Source: Arcobacteraceae bacterium (lineage in GTDB: Bacteria > Campylobacterota > Campylobacteria > Campylobacterales > Arcobacteraceae). From it: 64,000 bases of DNA. Both the position numbers and the translations under genes were made by a program. The DNA lies in NCBI GenBank assembly GCA_965224485.1, contig CBDCZH010000010.1, positions 416,001 through 480,000 on the forward strand. The letters are read 5' to 3'. The notes under the pieces are model-generated. The model was not told the DNA's origin. It ran no database searches and worked only from the letters and a program-made list of their open reading frames with translations. Below, in pieces: positions 20,788-30,939 of this stretch; position 1 is the first letter of the stretch, and each line of letters starts with the position of its first letter.

Positions 20788-23391
20788 TTATTTTAATTTT
20801 GGAATGGTAATAATAAATAAAGCACCTTTGTACTCTTTGTCTAAGTGAGTATAAGTTGTATTTAAAGCTTCAATACTTCCTTTCATTCCTTCATTTATTA
20901 TTTTATAAACCATATTAAGTCCAAGTCCTGTACCTCTAGTTTTACCTTTTGTAGTGAAATAAGGCTCATATATTTTATCAATATACTTTTCATCTATTCC
21001 CCCACCATTATCTTTAATTTTTATAACAATGTTATTTTTATTTTCATAGGCTTCTATAAATACAAATCTTTCTTCACTTTGATTATTTTTAACAACATCT
21101 TTTGCATTATTAAAAATATTTATTAAACACTGTAATAATTCATTTGGATAACCATTTATTATAATATCTGAAGAAATATTTAGATCAATTGTAATTTGAT
21201 ACTCTTTTATTGAGGTTTGAACAAGGTGTAAAAAAGAGTTTATTTTATCTTTTAAATTAAAAGAGACTTGCTGTCTTTCATCTTTTATGAAATTTCTAAA
21301 ATCATCTATTGTTTTTGATAAATACTGGGCATTTTCATTAATTAAGTCCATATTGTCTAAAAATGTTTCATCTTCTAGTACTCCTAGCTCTTTTTGTAAT
21401 TTAAGACCCGTTGAAAGTGTAGTTATAGCAGAGAGTGGTTGTCTCCATTGATGAGCAATATTTCCAATCATTTCCCCCATAGAAGCCATTTTCTCTGATT
21501 TGAAAAGTTGGTTTTGCATTTTTTTACTTCTCTCGACTTCTTTTAAAATTTTTATTTCAAGATTATTATTTAATTCTTTTAATTCTTTTGTTTTTTCTTC
21601 TATATTTTTTTTCAAGTTTGAGTTAACTTTTTTTAATAAAAAGTGTCTATATAAAATAGCTAAAATAATCATAGAAGCTAGGGCAAAAGCTTTTAAAATC
21701 AACTCAGTATTAAATTGTTGTTCATAATTAATATTTACATATTTATTTAAAATATCTTTTTTTTCTTTTTCTTTTAAATTGTAAATTAGTTTATTGAAAA
21801 TATTTAATAATATTGGTTCATCTTTTCTAACTCCAATGCTTAAATTTAAATTATTATCAAATTTACCAGAAATTTTAAGATCAGGAAAAGATTTATTTTG
21901 AAATAAATAAGCTATGCTTGCGGCATTTTCAATTAAACCAAAAACTTCCCCTCTTGTTATTTTATTTAATCCTTCTTCTATTGTAGAAACTTCTACAATA
22001 TTAAAGTAGGGATAGTGTTTTTTTATAATTTCTTTGCTTCCATAACTTTTAACCAGTGCAATTTTTCTACCTTTTATTTGTTCAAAATCATCAATAAAAG
22101 GTACATTAATGCTAGTTGCTAATACTAATGATACTTTTAAATAAGGGTTTGAGAAACTTAAATAAGAACTTTTTCTTGGTATAGTAAGTGATAAAATATC
22201 ACATTTTTTATTTTGACTATTAAGTAAAGAATCTTCCCACGATGTTGTTTTAATCAATTTTATTGGAACGCTTAAATAACTTTGAAAGATTTTAAATATT
22301 TCAGAACTAATTCCTTTATGCAATCCGTATTGATTTATTTTCTCATATGGCATAAAATCAGGATCAATACACATTGTTATTTTTCTTTTTCTTTTTAAAA
22401 AGTTTTGCTCCACCGTTGATAAACTCATAGTTGAGGATTCTTTTTTATAAATAAATTTATTTATATCTATGTCTTGTTTAACTAAACCCATAACTTTATA
22501 AATATCATAAATACTTTTTAGCTTAGTTTTTGTAAATTTACCAAGTTCATCTGTTTTATAATAAGAGAGTTTTTTTAACTCTTTTGCTTCAAATATCAAC
22601 TCTTCTTTTGATAGATTTTGTTCATTATAGTTATTTAAAATAAGATTTGTAGCTTCTTCAATATGTTTATAAGCATATTTCCAGCCTTTTAATGAAGCTT
22701 TTATAAAACTATCAACTATTTCTTGATTATTTGTAAGTAAGTATTTATTTGTATATAAAATATCACTATACATATCAAAACCATAATTCTTAGGTTCAAA
22801 AATATTATAAGCTATATTTTGCTCTTTTAGATAAAAAGGCTCTTTTGAGACATAAGCAGAAATAATGTCTGTTTTCTTATTTATTAGGTCTTCTATATTA
22901 TGAGTATGTTGTAAAAAAATTAAATCTTTTTCTTGGATGTTTTGAGAACTTATCATTGCTTTTATTGATACTTCACTAGCATCATCTTTTGTAGTCATAA
23001 TAGTTTTATTTTCAAAATCAGAAATATTTTTAATGTTTGATTCTTTAGTAGTTAATAAAACTAAAGGTGTAGCTTGAAAAAGAGCATATAAAGAAACTAT
23101 ATTTTTATAAGACTCTTTTTGTAAGATTAAGGTTTCTCTTCCAATAGAAAAGTTTATTTTATTTTCATTAACTTCTTTTGGAATATTTAATCCAAACTTA
23201 AAAGGAATAATTGTTACATTTAAACCTAAGTCTTCATAGTACCCTAACTCTTTTGCCATATAATAACCAGCAAACTGAAATTGGTTAAACCAAGATAACT
23301 GAATACTTACATTTTTAAGAGTAAGAGGATGTTGTGCATTTAAGCTTGTGATAAATAAAGTAAAATATATTATTTTTGAAAAAAAATTCAA
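20788..23391 (-). CDS. Sensor histidine kinase with NMT1/THI5-like and SBP_bac_3 periplasmic domains
   Basis: QLSWFNQFQFAGYYMAKELGYY; second SBP (CIDPDFMPYE); EKMASMGEMIGNIAHQWRQPL; DNGGG; GTGLGL. Confidence 0.92.
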   Translation of the reverse strand: MNFFSKIIYFTLFITSLNAQHPLTLKNVSIQLSWFNQFQFAGYYMAKELGYYEDLGLNVTIIPFKFGLNIPKEVNENKINFSIGRETLILQKESYKNIVSLYALFQATPLVLLTTKESNIKNISDFENKTIMTTKDDASEVSIKAMISSQNIQEKDLIFLQHTHNIEDLINKKTDIISAYVSKEPFYLKEQNIAYNIFEPKNYGFDMYSDILYTNKYLLTNNQEIVDSFIKASLKGWKYAYKHIEEATNLILNNYNEQNLSKEELIFEAKELKKLSYYKTDELGKFTKTKLKSIYDIYKVMGLVKQDIDINKFIYKKESSTMSLSTVEQNFLKRKRKITMCIDPDFMPYEKINQYGLHKGISSEIFKIFQSYLSVPIKLIKTTSWEDSLLNSQNKKCDILSLTIPRKSSYLSFSNPYLKVSLVLATSINVPFIDDFEQIKGRKIALVKSYGSKEIIKKHYPYFNIVEVSTIEEGLNKITRGEVFGLIENAASIAYLFQNKSFPDLKISGKFDNNLNLSIGVRKDEPILLNIFNKLIYNLKEKEKKDILNKYVNINYEQQFNTELILKAFALASMIILAILYRHFLLKKVNSNLKKNIEEKTKELKELNNNLEIKILKEVERSKKMQNQLFKSEKMASMGEMIGNIAHQWRQPLSAITTLSTGLKLQKELGVLEDETFLDNMDLINENAQYLSKTIDDFRNFIKDERQQVSFNLKDKINSFLHLVQTSIKEYQITIDLNISSDIIINGYPNELLQCLINIFNNAKDVVKNNQSEERFVFIEAYENKNNIVIKIKDNGGGIDEKYIDKIYEPYFTTKGKTRGTGLGLNMVYKIINEGMKGSIEALNTTYTHLDKEYKGALFIITIPKLK

Positions 23392-23458
23392 TGTAAAATC
23401 CTAGTAAAAGCTATTTTACGCATTATAGCAAGTTATTTGTTATATGATAATATTATTA

Positions 23459-24328
23459 TTAATTAAGATAAATATCTACTTCTTCTTTAGTTTGAATAAT
23501 AAAACATGAGGTATTTATATCAGTTTTAGCAGCTGCTTGTATTGCAATAATTAATCCTCTTTCATCTTCTCTTTGAACTCTATCATAAATTCTACAATTA
23601 TATAAATCTCCATCTATAATTTTGTAATCATTATACTTTCTATTTTCTAAAATATAATCTTTTATCTCTTTTGTGAAGATAATAGCAACATCTATTTTAT
23701 TATTTAAAATATTTTTAAGATCTTCCCAAGGATCTACTAAAACTCCTTTATGTTTACCAGCACGAGAATAGGTTAAAAAATAGTTTTTAGGAAGTTTTTT
23801 TCTACTTTTTAAAATATCATATTTTGTATAGTCAAAAAAAGACAAAGTTGGAAATAATTCCATTATATTTTTATACTCAATATCTTCATAAATAAACTTC
23901 TCTTTCTCCCATAAAATATCAGAAGTCCCATTTAGCTGAATACAAGGAATCAAATCTTTTCTTTTTGCTTTTCTAACTAAAGCTTTTATCTCTTTTATTA
24001 ATTGATTAAAAAAATCTTCTCTTTGTATTAAAAACCTAAGTGTTCTTTTTATTCTTGCTTGTTTCATTTTATGTTTTGAAAAATCAGAATTTTTTAGAAT
24101 TCCTTGATGATATATACATGAAATGGCGCATCCATTTGTTGCTTTTTTGCATAAATTAACTTTTTGTAAGTTAACTGCTTTTTCGTCATAGTTTATTCCA
24201 TAATAAGGTGCATTCATAATATTTTTTTGTGCAGAAAGAAAGAGTGTTCCTACAAGATAAGCTGTTTCTTGTGATATTAGGTTTTCTTTAACACTTAAAA
24301 GTGAAGTGGTAGTATAATCATATTCCAA
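23459..24328 (-). CDS. GP88-like (phage gene 88-type) Cys-motif protein
   Basis: C-x6-C-x3-C (LCKKATNGCAISC), ARIKRT, LNGTSDILWE, FFDYTK, NYFLTYS, IIDGD; recognised from memory of the family. Confidence 0.6.
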   Translation of the reverse strand: MEYDYTTTSLLSVKENLISQETAYLVGTLFLSAQKNIMNAPYYGINYDEKAVNLQKVNLCKKATNGCAISCIYHQGILKNSDFSKHKMKQARIKRTLRFLIQREDFFNQLIKEIKALVRKAKRKDLIPCIQLNGTSDILWEKEKFIYEDIEYKNIMELFPTLSFFDYTKYDILKSRKKLPKNYFLTYSRAGKHKGVLVDPWEDLKNILNNKIDVAIIFTKEIKDYILENRKYNDYKIIDGDLYNCRIYDRVQREDERGLIIAIQAAAKTDINTSCFIIQTKEEVDIYLN

Positions 24329-24424
24329 ATAAATCCTTAGTTTTGATAAGGCGCGTATTTTAGCAGATATTTTTTAAAAAGAATTTAAAAATAATAATAA
24401 ACATATCATTTCTTTTATTATTTT

Positions 24425-24447
24425 AAAAAAGAAGCTTAGCTTCTTTT
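24425..24447. terminator. Hairpin directly after the selD stop
   Basis: AAAAAGAAGC-TTA-GCTTCTTTTT. Confidence 0.6.
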
Positions 24448-25485
24448 TTAATGTACTATAATAGCAGTAGCAGATCTTGGTATAATTTCACCAATAATAC
24501 TTGCATAACCAAAAGTTAATTCTTCTATTTTTTTTATATATTCTTGTGCATCTTCTTTTTTTATAGAAACTAAAAGACCACCTGATGTTTGCGCATCACA
24601 AAGTAAAAGTTTGCAATGAGAAGAAATAGTACTCATATAAGTAACGTGTTTTTCTAAATATTCCATATTTCTTATACTTCCACCTGGAACTACTTTTTCA
24701 TTTCCAAATTTTACAGCTCCTTGCAAAATAGGAATACTACTGCAATTTATACTTAAAGTTGTATTTTCATTGCATGTTTCTAAAGCATGTCCTAAAAGAC
24801 CGAACCCTGTAATATCAGTACAAGCACTAACTTCATATTTTTTTAAAAGCTTAGAAGGTAAATAATTTAAAGTTTCCATTATTTTAACTACTTCTTTACT
24901 TGAACTATCATCTAATAAGTCTCTTTTAATAGCAGTTGTTAAAATCCCAATTCCTAATGGTTTTGTTAAAACTAAAACATGACCTATTTTTGCAGTATTG
25001 TTTCGTAAAATATCTTTAGGATGAATCATTCCAGTAACAGAAAGTCCATAATACATCTCAGGACTTTCAATAGTATGACCACCCATTAAAACACCGCCAC
25101 ACTCTTTTATTTTTTCATTTCCGCCTTTTAGAATTTCACCTAAAACTTCTCTTTTTTGATTTGTGGCATCAAAACCAACAATATTTAAAGCTGTTTTTAC
25201 TTCTGCACCCATGGCAAAAATATCTGATAAAGAATTAGCAGCTGCAATTTTTCCATAAACATATGGATCATCAACAACTGGTGTTATAAAATCTAAAGTT
25301 TGTACTAAAGCTTCATTTTCATTTATTTTAAAAACTGTCGCATCTTCGCTATTCTCAAAGCTAACAAGAACATTCTTATCTTGTGGAACAAGTGAGCAAA
25401 TTGTTTGTTGCAGATCCGCCGGACCCATCTTTGCTGCTCATCCAGCTGCTTTTACGAATTTTGTTAATTTGTATTTATTATTCAT
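24448..25485 (-). CDS. selD: Selenophosphate synthetase, selenocysteine-containing (in-frame TGA at 25440-25438)
   Basis: ATG at 25485 with GAGG RBS gives MNNKYKLTKFVKAAG-U-AAKMGPADLQ, in frame with the ORF-track piece. LVQTLDFITP, ANSLSDIFAMG, GGHT, TDITGFGLLGH, DAQTSGGLL. Confidence 0.96.
25412..25426 (-). promoter_or_regulatory. Candidate SECIS hairpin of selD
   Basis: mRNA GGGUCC-GGC-GGAUCU; G-initiated loop 17 nt after the UGA; local GC-rich codon choice. Confidence 0.7.
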
Positions 25486-25708
25486 ATATCCTCTTTAATA
25501 AATTTTGTAAATTTTTTAATGTTTTTGTGAGTATAATATATTTATAATTAAACTATATAAAATAAAGTAAAATAACTTTTACTTTTTAAGTAAAGATTTA
25601 TATTTTCTTTATTATAGTTACGATATAAGAGCACAAGCTAAGGATTAGCTTAGACATAATGGACTTTTTCCTCTATGACTGCAAGCTTCAAAAAAATTTG
25701 AGGTATTT

Positions 25709-26554
25709 ATGAAAAAAATTATTTTAACACTTCTATGTGTAAGTTCTATAATGTTTGCAAAAACATTTTATTTTACAGCAATTCCAGATCAAGATGAAAC
25801 AAATTTAGAAAAAAGATTTTCTAAGTTAGCAGTTTATTTAAGCAGTAAACTAGATACGAAGGTTAAGTTTTTACCAGTTAAATCTTATAGTGCATCAATT
25901 GCAGCTTTTAGAAACAATCAAGTTCAGCTAGCTTGGTTTGGTGGATTATCAGGTGTTCGTGCAAGACTTATTGTTCCTAACTCACTTGCAATTGCTCAGG
26001 GTTTTGAAGATCCAAAATTCCAATCATATTTTATAGCAAATAAAAGTTTAGCCTTAAAGAAATCACTAAGTTTAAGTGATAATATTAAGAATAAAACATT
26101 TACTTTTGGTTCAAAAGGTTCAACATCAGGAAGATTAATGCCTGAATATTATTTAAGAAAAAACTTTAAAACTTCACCAAAAGAGTTTTTCAAAAAAGTT
26201 GGTTTCTCTGGAAATCATACAAAAACAATTGCTTTAGTACAAAGTGGAGCATATCAAGTTGGAGCTGTTAACTTTAAAGTATGGCAAAGAGAGTTAAAAG
26301 CTGGAAATATTGATTTATCAAAAGTTGATGTTATTTGGGAAACACCTACATACCCAGATTATCAATTTACTGCTCGTGGAGATATTGATAAAAATTATGG
26401 AAAAGGTTTTACAGCTAAACTTACTCAAGCTTTACTTGATTTAAAAGATAAAAGTATTTTAGATGCTTTTCCTAGAAAATCTTTTATTAAAGCAAAAAAC
26501 TCTGATTTTGACCCAATTTTAAGCGTTGGTAAAGAAATAGGATTAATTGATTAA
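25709..26554 (+). CDS. PhnD-like ABC substrate-binding protein ('putative selenate' subfamily)
   Basis: FTAIPDQ, QLAWFGGLSGVRAR, FTFGSKGSTSGRLMP, TPTYPDYQF; divergent from selD. Confidence 0.8.
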   Translation: MKKIILTLLCVSSIMFAKTFYFTAIPDQDETNLEKRFSKLAVYLSSKLDTKVKFLPVKSYSASIAAFRNNQVQLAWFGGLSGVRARLIVPNSLAIAQGFEDPKFQSYFIANKSLALKKSLSLSDNIKNKTFTFGSKGSTSGRLMPEYYLRKNFKTSPKEFFKKVGFSGNHTKTIALVQSGAYQVGAVNFKVWQRELKAGNIDLSKVDVIWETPTYPDYQFTARGDIDKNYGKGFTAKLTQALLDLKDKSILDAFPRKSFIKAKNSDFDPILSVGKEIGLID

Positions 26555-27213
26555 TGGTTTTTAACTTAGAACATGAAACTATCTCATATTCTAATACTAA
26601 AGTTCTTTCTTCTTTATCTTTAACTATTAAAGATGGGGAGAAAGTGGCTTTATTAGGAAAGAGTGGTTCTGGTAAATCTACACTTTTAAAACATTTATAT
26701 GAGTTACAAAAGAAAAATGTTTCTTATATCCCTCAAGATTTATCTTTAGTATCTTCATTAAGTGTATATCATAATGTTTTTATTGCAAAACTAGATTTAT
26801 ATTCTTCTTTTTATAATATTATTAATCTATTTTTTCCTTTTAAAAAAGATTTAGATGAAGTTAAACTTTTATTAAAGGATTTATCAATGAGTGATAAACT
26901 TTTTATAAAAATTTCGCAACTCTCAGGTGGACAAAAACAAAGAGTTGCAATTGCAAGAGCTTTGTTTAATAAAAAAAGTATTTTATTAGCAGATGAACCT
27001 ATCTCAGCTTTAGATGAGTACTTGGCACAAAAAGTATTAAAAGATTTTGTTGTTAAGTTTAATACAGTTATTTGTACCTTACATAATGTGCAGTATGCAA
27101 TAAATAACTTTGATAGGGTAATTGGTTTGAAAAATGGACAAATTATACTTGATAAAGAGTGTAAATATTTAACTAATGAAGATAGAAAGATTTTATATTA
27201 TGGTCTTGAGTAA
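26554..27213 (+). CDS. ABC transporter ATP-binding protein (PhnC-like)
   Basis: GKSGSGKST, LSGGQKQRVAIARA, LLADEP. Confidence 0.92.
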   Translation: MVFNLEHETISYSNTKVLSSLSLTIKDGEKVALLGKSGSGKSTLLKHLYELQKKNVSYIPQDLSLVSSLSVYHNVFIAKLDLYSSFYNIINLFFPFKKDLDEVKLLLKDLSMSDKLFIKISQLSGGQKQRVAIARALFNKKSILLADEPISALDEYLAQKVLKDFVVKFNTVICTLHNVQYAINNFDRVIGLKNGQIILDKECKYLTNEDRKILYYGLE

Positions 27214-28666
27214 GAATTTAAAACTAAGTTTTCTTTTTCTATTTCTAGCTATATTTTCTTCTTTTTTTGCTGATTTTACTATCTCTTCTTTAGAACCATT
27301 ATTAGAAATAAAAAAGTTTACATTCGCTCTTAGTAAAATAAACTTTGAAAATATTCCTACCTTATTTGATGCACTATTGAGAACAGTATTTATTGCAGTT
27401 TTGGCTATATTTTTCTCATGTATCATAGGATTTGTTTTAGCATTATTTTATAAAAGTGTAATACTAAGAACTTTTTTAGCTTTTATAAGAGCAATTCATG
27501 AAATATTTTGGGCTTTGATTTTCTTACAAATTTTTGGTTTAAGTATTTTAACGGCACTTTTAGCTTTAGTTCTTCCTTTTAGCTCTATTCTAGCAAAAGT
27601 TTATGCTGAAATATTAGAAGAACATGATGTCTTTGATGCAAGTTTAAGAGGTGAAAACTCTATTTCTTATTATTTTTATACGAAAATACCTGATGCTTTT
27701 GCTCATTTATTATCTTATACCTTATATAGATTTGAGTGTGCTTTGCGTTCATCTGCTATTTTAGGTTTTGTAGGAATTACAACTTTGGGTTATTATCTTT
27801 CTTCATCTTTTAATCAAGGGATTTATGAAGATGTTTGGCTTTTACTTATTATGTTTTATATTTTAATAGCTAGTATTAAACTTTGGTTTAATAAATATAC
27901 CTTCGTTTTATTAATAATAACAGCTTTTATATATTTAGAAGATTTTGGCACTCTTAATTTTGAGAATCTTGTTCGGTTTTTTACCCAAGATATTATTCCT
28001 CATCCTATAAAAAACAATTTAAGTTCAGCTGATAGTTATCTTTGGTTTTATAATCTTTTTGTAAATGAAATTGTTCCTGGTGTTTTTAATACAATTTTAC
28101 TAACACAAATTTCTTTAGTCCTAACAGCGCTTTTAGCACTTTTGGCTTTTCCTTTTATTTCTTTTAAATTTTCAAATAAATACATTAGATTTATTTCTCA
28201 TATTGTTTTAGTAATTTTAAGATCTTCGCCTGAATATGTACTTGCTTATTTGTTCTTACAAATTTTCGGACCATCTTTCCTGCCAGCTGCTTTAGCTTTA
28301 ATGCTACACAATGGAGCTATTATTGCTTTTTTAATGGGAAAACAAAGTAATGAATTAGTTTATAGCTTAGATTCTACTAATAAAAAAATATCTTTATATG
28401 CTTATGAAACTCTACCTAGGATTTATTCTTCTTTATTAACTTTTTTATTTTATAGATGGGAAATTATTATGAGAGAGAGTGCTATTTTAGGAATATTAGG
28501 TTTATCAACTTTGGGATTTTATATTGACTCAGCAATTGCAGATTTTAGACTTGATAAGATGATGATACTCTTAGTAATAACGGCTTTATTAAATATCAGT
28601 ATTGATATAATCTCAAGAAAAGCAAGGGCTTATTTAAAAGATAATAAAACTCTTACTTCTTCTTAA
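27176..28666 (+). CDS. Fused double PhnE-like ABC permease
   Basis: Two repeats: YRFECALRSSAILGFVG and YRWEIIMRESAILGILG. The true start may be ATG at ~27200. Confidence 0.88.
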   Translation: MKIERFYIMVLSKNLKLSFLFLFLAIFSSFFADFTISSLEPLLEIKKFTFALSKINFENIPTLFDALLRTVFIAVLAIFFSCIIGFVLALFYKSVILRTFLAFIRAIHEIFWALIFLQIFGLSILTALLALVLPFSSILAKVYAEILEEHDVFDASLRGENSISYYFYTKIPDAFAHLLSYTLYRFECALRSSAILGFVGITTLGYYLSSSFNQGIYEDVWLLLIMFYILIASIKLWFNKYTFVLLIITAFIYLEDFGTLNFENLVRFFTQDIIPHPIKNNLSSADSYLWFYNLFVNEIVPGVFNTILLTQISLVLTALLALLAFPFISFKFSNKYIRFISHIVLVILRSSPEYVLAYLFLQIFGPSFLPAALALMLHNGAIIAFLMGKQSNELVYSLDSTNKKISLYAYETLPRIYSSLLTFLFYRWEIIMRESAILGILGLSTLGFYIDSAIADFRLDKMMILLVITALLNISIDIISRKARAYLKDNKTLTSS

Positions 28667-28676
28667 GTACACTTTT

Positions 28677-29348
28677 TTAAATATTATCTAAAGAACTTGT
28701 ATTAAAACTATATGTTTTGTGAGCTATTTTAGTTAAAATTCTTTTTTCTGTTAGTTCTTTAAATAGTTTTATCAAGGTTGGTTTAGAAATAGAAATTTTT
28801 TCCATAATATCACTATATGAAGCTAATAAATGATTGTTTTTATCTAAATTACTAATAATATATTTTACAACTTCTACTTGTTTACTATCAGTTATTGCAG
28901 ATATAGTTTTAATTATATTTGAGTTTTTTTGAAGTTCTTTTTCTTGAATAATTGGTAAAACAATATCATGAATAGTATTTAAAAGTTCTTTTACATTTAT
29001 AGGTTTAACTATATAGTTTTCAACTTTTAATTTTATAGCATCAAGTAAATATTTTGTATCTGTGTGAGCTGTTGTTAAAATCATAGGAATATTTAGCATT
29101 TTCACTTCTTTTACTTCTCTTAAAAAATCAATTCCATTTTCATTTTCTAATAAAATATCAGAAATAATAATATCTATACTTATATCATCGTTTTCTAAAA
29201 TTTCTAAGGCTTGTAGTGAGGTATTTACACCATATACTTTTTTAACAAAATCATCTAAAATATCTTTAGTATGTAATAAAAGAGATTTATCATCTTCTAA
29301 ATATAAAATATTAAAATCATTTAATATATTCAAATCTTTATTTTTCAT
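28677..29348 (-). CDS. Response regulator with C-terminal HTH
   Basis: ILYLEDD, IISDI, NGIDF, TAH, YIVKP; C-terminal SYSDIMEKISISKPTLIKLF. Confidence 0.9.
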   Translation of the reverse strand: MKNKDLNILNDFNILYLEDDKSLLLHTKDILDDFVKKVYGVNTSLQALEILENDDISIDIIISDILLENENGIDFLREVKEVKMLNIPMILTTAHTDTKYLLDAIKLKVENYIVKPINVKELLNTIHDIVLPIIQEKELQKNSNIIKTISAITDSKQVEVVKYIISNLDKNNHLLASYSDIMEKISISKPTLIKLFKELTEKRILTKIAHKTYSFNTSSLDNI

Positions 29349-30939
29349 TTTTAACCTTTGTTTCTATTGGAATATCAATTATAAATAAAGCACAATTTTC
29401 AAACTCTTCTTGATTTATTTTATAGAAAATATTCTTACATTTAATACTTCCTTGCATATGTTTTTCAATTATTTGCTTAGACATATATAATCCTATTCCT
29501 GTTCCTGCACTTTTGTATTTTGTTGTATAATATGGATCGAAAATTTGAGGTAAAATCTTTTCATCAATTCCCCCTCCATTATCATAAAAATGAATTCTAA
29601 CATTATCATGATGTTTTTTTATGACAATTTTAATCATCTTATTGCTTTTTATATCTTTTAAAACGTCTTTAGAGTTTGATATTATATTTAATATAACATG
29701 AGATAACTCATTATAATAACCATATATTTCTAAGTCATCTTTTATTATTAATTCAAATTTTATTTTCTCTTTTACTAGTAAATATTTTGATAATTCTAAA
29801 CTATGTTCAATACAAGCTTTTACATAAAAAACACTTTTATGCTTATTTGGGTCAAAAAAGTTTTGAAAGTCATCTAAAGTATTAGACATATTAGCACCTA
29901 ATTTCATAGCATCATTTACTTTCGCATCTATAAATTCACTACTTAACTTTCCTAAGCTATTTTTTGTTTCAAAGGCTTGTATAATCATCATTAGTGAGCC
30001 TAGAGGCTGTCTCCACTGATGAGCAATATTTTGAAGCATTTCTCCTAATGAAGCTAGCTTTGATTGCTGAAACATTATTAAATCTTTTTTTCTTGAGTTT
30101 GCTACTTCATTTTTAATTCTTGTTTCTAAGTGTTCATTTAACTTTTGCAACTCTTTTGTTTTTTCATTTACAGCATCTTCAAGACCATAATGAAGTTTTT
30201 TGAAGTTATTAATTAATAAAATTGATAAAACAATAGAAAACAAAAATACAAAAACAATAGAAAGATTTAAAATTTTAGTAAGAGCATTAAATACTTTTTG
30301 TGTATCTCTTTTCTCATCAATCGCCATATTTAAATCATATTTTGTTAAATTTGAGATATAAATATTAATTGAATTAATTTCAAAATACATTTGTTTTATC
30401 TCTTTAAAAGCTGTTTTATTATCTTTTTTATATAATAAACTTTTAATTAAATCAATTTTTTTATCAATTAAAAAGGCTCTTTTATCAATATTTTCTATGA
30501 TTTTTTTTCTTATTATTATGTCATTTTCACTATTTTTTGAATAAATATAAAAGAATTTATGTATTAGCTGGGATACTAAAGAAGGTTTATATAAATTATT
30601 AAAAATATTATACTTATATAAAGCCCAGTTTTTATTTATAAGTTGCTGTCCTAAAATAATTACATCATCCGCTTCTTCTATTGTTAGATACTGCTGTTCA
30701 ATATCAAAAAATGTATCAAAAATATTTATTTGATAGGTGTCTTTTATTTTTTCAAGTTTTATTATTGGTTTTGTTCTTTTCTCAAATAAAACATCAAAAT
30801 CATTTTTTAAAGCATAAATCGAGATTTGAGATAATAATATGATTGAAATCATTCCTGCTGTTATAATAAAAATTAAACCAGAAGTTTTATATGTAAAAGT
30901 TAGCTTATCAAAGAGTGCTAGCATTTTTTTAATTAGCAT
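29338..30939 (-). CDS. Sensor histidine kinase (four-helix-bundle periplasmic domain)
   Basis: Two TMs; SKLASLGEMLQNIAHQWRQPL, DNGGG, GTGIGL. Start placed at ATG 30939, overlapping the upstream stop. Confidence 0.9.
   Translation of the reverse strand: MLIKKMLALFDKLTFTYKTSGLIFIITAGMISIILLSQISIYALKNDFDVLFEKRTKPIIKLEKIKDTYQINIFDTFFDIEQQYLTIEEADDVIILGQQLINKNWALYKYNIFNNLYKPSLVSQLIHKFFYIYSKNSENDIIIRKKIIENIDKRAFLIDKKIDLIKSLLYKKDNKTAFKEIKQMYFEINSINIYISNLTKYDLNMAIDEKRDTQKVFNALTKILNLSIVFVFLFSIVLSILLINNFKKLHYGLEDAVNEKTKELQKLNEHLETRIKNEVANSRKKDLIMFQQSKLASLGEMLQNIAHQWRQPLGSLMMIIQAFETKNSLGKLSSEFIDAKVNDAMKLGANMSNTLDDFQNFFDPNKHKSVFYVKACIEHSLELSKYLLVKEKIKFELIIKDDLEIYGYYNELSHVILNIISNSKDVLKDIKSNKMIKIVIKKHHDNVRIHFYDNGGGIDEKILPQIFDPYYTTKYKSAGTGIGLYMSKQIIEKHMQGSIKCKNIFYKINQEEFENCALFIIDIPIETKVKNEK

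Noticed and set aside
25676..25711. TGA in frame with the ABC binding-protein gene as a possible Sec codon
   Set aside because: No start codon upstream in that frame before a TAG, and no G-loop SECIS.
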